NCBI GenBank assembly: GCA_964035545.1
Contig: CAXIUT010000074.1
Span: forward strand, 1-18,905
DNA from: Bugula neritina
Lineage: Eukaryota > Animalia > Bryozoa
Reading direction: 5' to 3'
Length of the DNA stretch: 18,905 nt
The notes under the pieces are model-generated. The model did not search any database. It saw only the letters and a list, made by a program, of their open reading frames with translations, and was not told the origin of the DNA. This document shows, piece by piece, positions 9,941 through 18,905 of the stretch (positions within the stretch are counted from its first letter, which is position 1; every line of letters begins with the position of its first letter). Both the position numbers and the translations under genes were made by a program.

Positions 9941-11241
9941 ATGAAAACAAACCTAAAATTAGATCACCAACATCTCCTAATGAAAGAACTTCTCCACAAA
10001 ATAAAAAATAACTCCCAATCAATAAAACAACTCCTCCTAGATAAAAACATCAACTACTATACCCTCAACTCATAAACAAGAAAAACTGTTCTACATCAAG
10101 TTCTAGAATAATTCAAACAAACATAATAAGGATAATAACTTCTCCATCAACTCAACCAACAAATCCACTAACAACTTGACCTTGTTTCCAGCTCAGACAC
10201 AAAAAAACAAACCTATCTCATCGATAGTCTCAGATAGGCAACTTCATTTCCACTAATTAAATAAAGGTAATTCCGTCAAAATAAAGATAACATCCATAGT
10301 TCAACCTTTATCCCCTACATGGACATCTTATAAAAAAATAGCTAAGAAGAGTTATCTGGTCAAGAATGTTCAACACCGATCGCTTGAGACAACAATTTTC
10401 TAAATGGAATCGAGAAGTTGTTCCATACAAAATCAACTAATAACTAAGAATATCGCTCTAAAAAATAAGTGTTAATCATAACATATCGCTAAAAGATAAT
10501 CAAATCGATAATGGAATCAAAATCGTAGAATATTTTGTAAAAGCGCAAGGTAAAATACCACAAAGATACCATCATTATATCGCTCTAGTTATTGTGCAGT
10601 TATATACATATCTAAAACCCTAAAAAATCAATTAACTAGGAGCTGTTTCTCTAGGTATAGTCTAACTGCTTTAGTATTACAACGAAGATCCAGAAAAAAG
10701 ATTGAAAAACATCAAAAAAACTCTATAAATTATAGATTAAGAAAGTTATGTCTTCATTTCATAAAATTATTTGATATAATAAAAAAAAGGACCTACTTCT
10801 CTTCTTTAAACTTTCTAACTCTTCAAACTAACAGCAGGCAGCTACTACCTCAACATAGATATCTCCCATTTCATCATAGACCAACTGATGATAAGAAAAA
10901 AATGCAAATTAGATATCTACACCATGTTCGCCATCTTGATCCTCATCATCAGCGATGATTTCTAATAAGGATTGCAAAAAGGACTCCCACTCAAACAGAT
11001 CTTCTAAGCAGCAAGAACATAAATAAAAACCTAAGAATTCGTTTAGGCATACAACGTGATCTTCTAGAACATTCCACCTCAATATTCAGTCAATGACCTC
11101 GCTTCCCATCCCAACAACCATCTCCTCGCATCAATGCTGGCAATAGAAAGAGAGCAACTATAGTTATAAGAATCAACATAATAATAAAAATAATTTATAA
11201 TAGATATCGATAAGCCAGTCGGTCTGGGTCTTCCGCTATGA
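9941..11241 (+). CDS. Hypothetical protein, about 426 aa, possibly a degenerate TBC/Rab-GAP-like helical fold
   Basis: ATG 9941; the frame switches at a 20-nt intron (10267-10286); TGA 11239-11241. ELRRVIWSRMF and YLNIDISHFIIDQL weakly resemble TBC motifs. The CDS is well supported but the family call is weak. Confidence 0.6.
10267..10286 (+). other. Probable 20-nt intron GTAATTCCGTCAAAATAAAG
   Basis: A frame change of 2 mod 3 is needed here. This GT-AG fits the 20-nt/-6A pattern but ends in AAG. A 29-nt GC-AG alternative (10238-10266) cannot be excluded. Confidence 0.65.
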
Positions 11242-11281
11242 TATTCTATATATTTATAATTTCTATTTCTAAATTTAAAAA

Positions 11282-12874
11282 ATGATGCACCACCAAAAAA
11301 AGCCAATCCACATCTAGCTAGGAGGCGACCGCATGTCCAACTCAAGACTCAGCAAGAACAACTCAAACATGCAATCTCCAAGAATAGCACCTCCTCTGCC
11401 CAACAAATAGATGAATTCTTCACATAGATTATAGAATAAAATATCACCAACCAAAAACAGATTATCCCATTCAAAAACCAATTCAAGTTTTATTGAAAAT
11501 CAATCAAAATTGATATAATTATAACATTCTCAGATGTCCATCACATCGAAATATACCTAAAGACCATCAATGCTAGCAGATAGAACCAACCAGCAATCGA
11601 ACTCAAAACAAAAAATAAAAATAGTTTATCCATTCAAAGAATCTCCCTCTTCTTCTAGAATATCAGTTAATAGCAGACAAGAAGCACTATCGCCTACTTC
11701 AAAACCACAATCTGCTAAATAAAATTAACTCTAGAGGAAATTGAAGATATTATAAGCAAGAATAGGCTAACTGCATAGATAGAAGCAAATAGCGATAGGT
11801 AAACTAAACGAATAAAACAGGAAAATATATCATTAGAACAACACCTTGAAAGCAAAGATAAACTAGCTAAACAAAATAATATAAAAAACATAGAGAATAT
11901 CCCAAAATAGTCATCCATAAAATCATATAAACTCATCAATAATAACAAGTTTATAAAACACAAAAATATAAAACCAAAATTTGAAACAATAAATCCAATA
12001 GTTATAAAATTACAATACCGAACAAATCAACAAAATCAACTAAATAACCAATAAATACTAAAAAGTATAAAAACAACTACTACAAATTACATAACTATGC
12101 TAGACACAACATCAAGAACTGACCAATTTCTCATCGGCACTTTAAAAACAAAATAAATCGATGGAATCGTTAGAGGAGAAAAATATCATTCAAAATCAAA
12201 TTATCAACAATAAATAAAAATAAATTTAAGAATTAATTCAATAACAAACAAAATAAAATAGAGATATTATCAAACAAAAATAACAATAATGTTAGGATAA
12301 ATATTATCTGATTATTAAATAATATCAAAATAAAATATAATAATACCAACACGCATACGAATCCAATCAAATGCTAGTCAATTAGCTAGAACAACAACTG
12401 AAACAATACTAAAATCAATAAATAATTATAAAATAATAATAATAAATATAATAAAGTTCAATGAATAACTAATTGATTACCAGTCAATGCAAATAACTAT
12501 AAAATAACCTCATACTCACCTTATCATAAAAATAAACATAAATATAACAACTCAAATCATAAAACAATTATCTACTCTCATAAATATAAAATCTAAAAGA
12601 ATAAATCAAGCAACTAACATCCATTGATCGATAAAAATCTTAGCAACTTGAATCAGCTTCAGGATGTCTAGATAAAATGACATAAAAATTTGATACGATA
12701 TCTATGAGATATACATAACTTACATAAAAATATTAAAATTAGAAAAACAAAATGAATAAAAGTTAAGGCTTTCAGGCACAAAAATGCAAAAAATGTGATT
12801 AACTCTTAAGAACAGTTTTGAGATTGAATAACCAACTAAATCCAAGCAAAAAAGTTATAACTACAACAACTTGA
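11282..12874 (+). CDS. Hypothetical protein, about 530 aa: Ser/Pro-rich disordered N-terminus, long Glu/Gln/Lys coiled coil and C-terminal CxxC
   Basis: MMHHQKKPIHIELGGDRMSNSRL...ENELERKLKILEARIGELHREK...QKCKKCDELLRTVLRLN...TTT*. No in-frame TGA until 12872-12874. Confidence 0.75.
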
Positions 12875-12978
12875 TATGTTTATGAACTTCATATGATTGA
12901 TTTATAAAATATTCATATTTCAGTGATTAGAACAATGTGATTAATATATATATTATTATTTCAGTGATAAGCATAGAA

Positions 12979-14169
12979 ATGAAAACATAAACAGAATCAA
13001 ATCATATTCGTTAATCAAAAATAAATAATTCTATCAAAAGAAGTGCCTCACCTAAAGCTATGCTTACATCACTCTTCTCACAATAGTTTTTAGGTAATGT
13101 CAAAAAATAACTAAATAAAAAAACGTTATTCCCCCACAAACCATCATAACCCCCCATCACCAATCAATCTACCATCCTCAATTCGCAAGTATTTCATAAT
13201 TAATGCCAGAACAATTTTGAAGATATGATAAATAAAATAAAAGAACTGTCTATTTAAAATCAATCATTAAGACAAAGTATCAAAGGACTATCAACTTCTA
13301 GTACTTAGAAGTTAACTTAAATAATAACTATGAAACCATAAAAAAGATAGTTAAAAATATGTTCAGGACAAGTTGATATATCTATGACGATAGCATAAGG
13401 TTCTTATGATTTAAAAAAGTTGAAATAGAAAATATAGAAAATCTAGCTACAAAAATCAATAAAAGAACAAAGAGTTACCTAGTTACTGACCAAATAAGCT
13501 CAATATGAGAGTTAACTTAATTTTTTAAGAAGAAAAGAATAAAGTTTATAAGAAGAAGTTAAAAGTTTAAAATATACTATTAAGATTCATCTATGCGATA
13601 TGGATTAAAAATAACTAAGAAATACAACTACTTCTCACTAAGATATCAGATAAAATAAACATTCATATAATGATCATAGTCCAACCACTAAATTATCAAA
13701 AAATAATATGCTTAGCTTATAAATAGGATAATAAGGATTGCTTGATTCTCATTGTTTTCAGTTATAGGTTCCAGAACAACTAAATATCAGCAAATTAGCT
13801 ATAAAAAATTCATAAAAAATATAATAAACTAATTAAATCGATGACCTTCTTGAATACTAAATTCCATTTATCAATGGTTCCAATTATCCGAATGTTTCAA
13901 AAAGATAATAAGAGAAACAAACAAATGGAATACAAAATAGTATAATCAAGATAGATATGAACAAGAAATAGTAAAATAATGGAATATAGAACAGTATAGT
14001 CAAAATAGATATGGATAAGAAGTCACCAAGCAATGGAATATAGAATAGTATCGTTAAGATAGATATGGATAGACCCAATATGAACCAAAGTCTAGTATAA
14101 ATCAACATAAATTAACATCAAACCAAAAAGATTCAAACCAAGTAAAGTATCATCGCCATTGATATCTGA
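12979..14169 (+). CDS. Hypothetical coiled-coil protein, 396 aa, with C-terminal 18-aa repeats
   Basis: 1191-nt frame MKTETESNHIRESK...IIAIDI*, with a central heptad-like region LKEKIEKIELQKSIKEQRVTELLTKEAQYESELNFLRRKEESLEEEVKSLKY. Confidence 0.75.
13924..14073 (+). repeat. Three 54-nt coding tandem repeats (NGI[Q/E]NSI[I/V]KIDM[N/D])
   Basis: AATGGAATA...ATAGATATG units start at 13924, 13978 and 14032. Confidence 0.9.
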
Positions 14170-14241
14170 TTTAATAATTTGTTATTAATCTTTACTAAAT
14201 AAATACCTTCATAAATTAAAAATATTTATTGAAATTAGTTA

Positions 14242-14436
14242 TCATAGTTTCAAACACTGCTTGAAAGCCATAAACTCTTGCTAGCACTACTTCTCCTCAG
14301 TCTACAAAAAATTAACCGTCACGCATTGATGATATTTTTTAGCCTATACTTGACAACGAGCTAATCCGTCTTTTAACCTACCTCTGAAGGAGTTGGCAGG
14401 GATCAAATGTTTGTCTAACTTGATAAATCTTTTCAT
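14242..14436 (-). CDS. Twin Cx9C mitochondrial intermembrane-space protein, NDUFAF8-like, 64 aa
   Basis: MKRFIKLDKHLIPANSFRGRLKDGLARCQVEAKKYHQCVTVNFLETEEKECEQEFMAFKQCLKL has two exact Cx9C motifs. The LAxCxxEAxxYxxCV...CxxEFxAxxxC pattern is typical of NDUFAF8. Absent from the ORF track. Confidence 0.8.
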
Positions 14437-14471
14437 GTTATATTAATATTTATAGATCTATATTATTAAGA

Positions 14472-15395
14472 TCAATGGTAAATGCTGAAACTTTTTCCTT
14501 TCCAAACCTGATCATTCCATATCGTCTTCTTAGGACTAACATCTTTACCTTTCCAATCATATAGAGTTCTATAACTCGATGGAGCAGGTCTCTTCTCAAC
14601 GATTTTCTTCTTATTCTATCTAGTATATTCGAATCGAGCATCACTACCAAAATTTTGTACCTTTGATGATTTCTATAATTCCTTGCTTAACTGATCAAAA
14701 GTATGAAGAGTTGTATTCATTGGACTATGAGTTCCAGGAGCTGGCTTAATAGCATCTCTCTTCTTCACCTTATCATTTTCCTTCTTATGCTTTTATACCC
14801 AAAATTTATAATCAGTCTAATTTGGCTTTACTTTATGAACTTCACTGTGAGGATTATGTCCACCAGGTCCTATCGACATATCACTCAGCTTCTAAGTATT
14901 ATTATAGAAATATGGCTTCTCTCCCTGTGACATCTTCCTCTTCTTCAACTGATTTATTATGTCCTCTTTCTACTTCATCGATTTCTACAAACTATAAGCA
15001 CAAATTCCAGGAGACTTCCTGTTCTTTTGTTCCATTTCTATTCTATCAAGATAAGAATATTTAATCAACTTAGAATCCACTTTGTTTTTCTCCCCTTTCT
15101 TTCTAATTTTAGTGAAATCCCATTCCTTTTGCTCCCCATGAACATTAGCTGAAGGCACTCCCTTAGCAACTTTCATATCATAGTCCATATAGAATCCTTT
15201 TTTAGTGAGATACTTGTTATCAGGAACTCCTTTTTTCTGTGAAGCCCATTTTCTTTTTTTGACTTCCATATCAGCATCAAATTCCATTCTAGGAGTATGA
15301 TACTCCGTCACATTCCATGGAATATTTTTATGATGATCATACTTGTACATAGTAGTCGGATCAATTGTATTGTAGTGCCTTTCAGGATTCTCCAT
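14472..15395 (-). CDS. STPG/SHIPPO (ODF3-like) PG-repeat ciliary microtubule-associated protein, 307 aa
   Basis: 924-nt frame with periodic motifs VPSANVH, SPGICAY, IGPGGHNP, PAPGTHSP and PAPSSY, plus FGSDARF. Ends FSIYH*. Confidence 0.65.
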
Positions 15396-15474
15396 CACAA
15401 TAAATTTATAAAACTATCAACCTTCAAAAACCATTTAAATCAACTAATTAGAACATAAGTAATCATTAATTATA

Positions 15475-17841
15475 TCAAATATCTATTGCAAAATTTTTAG
15501 GAACTAAAACCTCCTTCTCTGGCAAAATAAATGGCAATCTCTTCACTCGAGGAGGTAAAGCTGAATATTTAATCGGTTGAAGATATTTAGATGTCACTGG
15601 TCTCTTGCTATCCTACATCTCCTGATATATATTTGTTGCCTTCTTCTACTCTGACTCAGAATGTCTTGGTTTCTTAGGAACCTCCTTCTTAGGCTTACTC
15701 CTCCACTGACGACTCGCCTTCTCATAGTTTTTGACTTGTTCATTTCTAGTTTCTATGATTCTATGCAACTTAGTCAACTCCTTCTATTCTAGATCGTCAC
15801 TATCTGATTAACTATCAGATCCTCCTTCATATTAATCAATAGGTTTATTATTTTATGCTAAAGCCTATTTCTTGATTTCTTCGATCAATTCCATATATTC
15901 TTTCTTGCTTTAAGCAACAAATGATTTTTAGTTCTAATCATCCATTATTTAATGAATTGAAGGCTTTCTCTTATGTGATTTTACTCTTTTTACTGAATTT
16001 GTTGCACTTATCTCCTTTAATTCTTTTATTTCTTTCAACTATTGAATGTTTTTAGAAGTCATGTTTCTCCCTTTTTTACTATTACTCTTCCTAAATTATT
16101 TAGCTGATAGTCCAGGTCTCTTCTTAATACCTGTATCGACTTTAGCTTTGATATTTATTGATGGTAATTTTAACTCAATCTGAGCAAAACGGAAAAATCC
16201 TTCAACAAGATTGGCTCCTGATTCTCTTAATATATCTTGAGTTAAAGGATTATTTCTCGTTTCTTTACTCTAAAACAACCCATTAGACACCTCAAAAGTA
16301 AAAGTCATCGGCACTTTCAACTTCCACAACATATGAGCTCTTCCTGTTGTTTTTTTGAATTAATTTACTGTAAAGATAGACCTCTTATAAGTAAAGATAG
16401 GTGTTTTTTGTTCAATAAGTTTAGCCAATGCTCTTGACCTGAAGAAATCAGCATTTCCAGGGGTATGTTCAGGTCCATAGCAAAACAACCCTCTTTTCGA
16501 TGAATGAGCATGAAAATCAAAATAGAATTGAAATCTAGATCGATATCCACACTTCAAATTAACAGCCAACTAATGCAAGGCAGTAATTTAAGGAAAGACA
16601 AAGGTATTCAATTGATTGTACCTTCTATTCAAATCTTTTCCACTAAAACTAGTTCTAAAATTCCCAACAACGACTCCATCAGGATTAATCATGGGCACCA
16701 CATAAAATATAAAAGAATTTCTCATCATGACAGCATCACTATCATCCGACAACAAATATCTAATAAATCCCTCAACAACAAACGAAGAATGAGATTCTCC
16801 AGGATGTATCCTACCAGATATCAAAACCACTCTCTTCTTCTTATCCTATACGAATAGCTTGTTCTCTTACTAGTTCGCATTTTAGTCGTCAGGTGCAGGA
16901 TTGGTTATCGTTAGCAATGGGATGTCAAGTCCTCCGAGAGATTCGCATAGCTTTGTGGATTTTACATATTTTGATGAGTGAGCATTTATGTCTGTAATGA
17001 ATTTTTGAAGGTCAGAATATGTATAAGGAATAGAATATGCGAAATAGACAGTTTGATGTTTTTCTTTAAAGAAATATTTGAATTGCAGCTGGAATGTTTT
17101 TTTATCAAATCCGTATCGACAAAGTCTCTAAGCCCAGTTAATAGCATAGCAACCTTCTTGTTTCCATTCCTGCTATTTCTCCAAAACATAGGGTTTCATT
17201 CCCTGAGCATATAGATTTTTTTTCTTACCAAAATTACATATATTAAATTGAATTTCTCCAATTTTCTATTTATTTTCTACTTTGAAATAAAACCAAGCAG
17301 TATGTCCTCTCGTATTAGTATCACACCTCAAAAACAAATCATACTACATCGGCTTCACACGCACTGCCATATCGAGATTACCACCTTCAAATGCAGAATC
17401 AAAACTTAACTAGTTACTAGTTTACTACAACTTCATACGCTTGCCATCTTCACCGATTCGCTTTACCGCCTCCTTCACCACATTCAAAGTCGTATTGTAA
17501 CGAGAACGGTAACGCCAAAAATAATTGTGCTGCTGGTTCAATTGAACAGTATTAGTATATCTTGGACCGAAATAAACCAACTTGAATCGGTCATCAGATG
17601 GTATATGAGTTGTCAATGCATCAACGTAAACGTTATTGTACGATAGCGGTAGAGGACAAGAAGGTAGTTTAGGTTTCCAGCCAAGAATCATATCGGGTTC
17701 TAAAGAATGATGGTGAGGGTCAAGTATATCACGAGCAGCATCCATGAAATTATAACGCTGCTGTAGTGGTATTTCCTTATTTAGCTGACTCTACTCCAAT
17801 TCAGAGGTCTACCAACCATCTTACTATCGGTTCAGTTTCAT
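15475..17841 (-). CDS. Cytosolic carboxypeptidase (CCP/AGBL/Nna1, peptidase M14D; tubulin deglutamylase family), 788 aa
   Basis: 2367-nt intronless frame with FDSAFEGGNL, EYDL, WFYF, IPYTYSDL, RIHPGE, PMINPDGV, DLNR, DFHAHS and FTFEVS, followed by a basic/acidic low-complexity tail. Confidence 0.95.
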
Positions 17842-18022
17842 TCGAATTAACAGATATAAACTCCATAGAAATCAACGGATTCTTAACTATTTCAAATATA
17901 GCCTTTTAAATAACCATAAATATTAAACTAAATTCAAATAAAGATTTCTCTACTAAAACTACTTCAAAACTGTTAGATGATATTCTATGATACTCTGTTG
18001 ATAGCAATGATAGATGAGTAAA

Positions 18023-18592
18023 TCATTAACAAATCTGATTTTTAAAACCCATACTTCTCTCCAGCCCCTCAGTCCTCATCCTCAAATCAAACAAAGCCTG
18101 GTATATGCTCTATGTAGACTGCCACAATTAAGCACAATCATTTTTTATCACCCTACTTCTATCCTCATTATTCGCCACCACAGCCCTAGCCAACCTCTCC
18201 AATCCTCTAACTTGTTTCTTCAAATCGTCTTTTATCATACCCATCTAATTCTCAGCCAAAGTATCTTTAAGAAATCCTACATGATTGATAGTTTCCTACA
18301 TAAAAAGTATTAATACCTGAGCTTCCATTCTACTATTATGGACATCAGCTGACATCTCTTCTAATTTTTACTAGATACCCTGTAGTTTAAATTTAGTATT
18401 TCTTTAGGTTCCTGAATGAAAAGATGAAGAAGATCTTCTCATGGAGTTGAGAGCAGGCAACCTCAAGAATTACAATTATGGATTTTTAGTAGCCGATGTA
18501 TTGAAAAAAGATGATGTCGGGAGAAGAGGTTTAGCCTTCAAGTCGTATGTACTATGAGGAACTGGAGATTATTGATATCGAGATAAACGCAT
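18023..18592 (-). CDS. Hypothetical coiled-coil protein, 182-189 aa
   Basis: MRLSRYQESPVPHSTYDLKAKPLL...KLQGIEEKLEEMSADVHNSRMEAQ...LFDLRMRTEGLERSMGFKNQICE*. Probable in-frame 21-nt intron at 18296-18316. Confidence 0.72.
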
Positions 18593-18803
18593 TGCTTGTT
18601 ATTTTATTTATAGATGCTAACAAATTTATTGATAACCTTCATAAAATTAACAAATTATAACACGAAAATGTCATAGAAAAAATACATCAATCAAACACTT
18701 GAATAACTCTAAATCATCATAAGCACAAAATAGATTTCTAAAATAAATAAATATGATGATATTTATCTCATTAAATAATAAAAAATCATTGTCTAAATCT
18801 ACT

Positions 18804-18905
18804 TTGGGGTTGGGGTTGGGGTTGGGGTTGGGGTTGGGGTTGGGGTTGGGGTTGGGGTTGGGGTTGGGGTTGGGGTTGGGGTTGGGGTTGGGGGTTGGGG
18901 TTGGG
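18804..18905. repeat. Right telomere, (TTGGGG)n
   Basis: T2G4 array running to the end of the sequence, with one G5 variant unit near 18890-18894. Confidence 0.99.

Noticed and set aside
12421-12480. Possible 1-nt frameshift in the AAT/TAA run
   Set aside because: One printed block reads as 9 bases to me, but the line numbering keeps the same frame before and after. I treated it as a reading or display artefact rather than programmed frameshifting.
11282-12980. Many TGA triplets at first suggested UGA=Trp and Sfi1-like repeats, i.e. a code with all three stops reassigned
   Set aside because: They lie in the wrong frame. The true frame is a TGA-free coiled coil, and conserved Trp positions in the other genes use TGG.
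139-17841. Functional cluster of ciliary genes (ENO4-like, LC8, STPG-like, CCP)
   Set aside because: Ciliary genes are a large fraction of ciliate genomes, and here they are interspersed with unrelated genes.
1324-18313. Most short ORFs in the supplied track (e.g. 1324-1539, 2107-2343, 6431-6661, 7928-8257, 9092-9349, 11079-11345, 13884-14108, 16504-16857, 18014-18313)
   Set aside because: They are antisense or off-frame shadows of the real code-30 genes. The in-frame stops in the real genes are not evidence of pseudogenes.
18888-18896. G5 variant telomere unit
   Set aside because: A single event in a homopolymer near the contig end; sequencing error or telomerase slippage is sufficient.

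Overview
This window is a complete telomere-to-telomere ciliate macronuclear minichromosome of about 18.9 kb, capped by (CCCCAA)n on the left and (TTGGGG)n on the right. The supplied ORF track is fragmented because the standard code does not apply. TAA and TAG both read as glutamate, shown by invariant or catalytic Glu positions in six protein families, and TGA is the only stop. This is the peritrich nuclear code (NCBI table 30), so the host is most likely a peritrich (Oligohymenophorea); that taxonomy is inferred. Hand translation gives 15 tightly packed genes: an ENO4-like pseudo-enolase, dynein light chain LC8, a DUSP-MYND-USP deubiquitinase, a membrane-anchored unknown, a Myb protein, ASF1, a secreted Cu/Zn SOD, archaemetzincin, a TBC-like unknown, three coiled-coil unknowns, an NDUFAF8-like twin-Cx9C protein, an STPG/ODF3-like protein and a cytosolic carboxypeptidase. 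The most striking signal is the intron architecture. All ten frame-required introns are exactly 20 nt, start with GTA and have an invariant A six bases from the 3' end, which suggests a ruler-like tiny-intron splicing system. All translations and alignments were done by eye from remembered family motifs, with no database searches.
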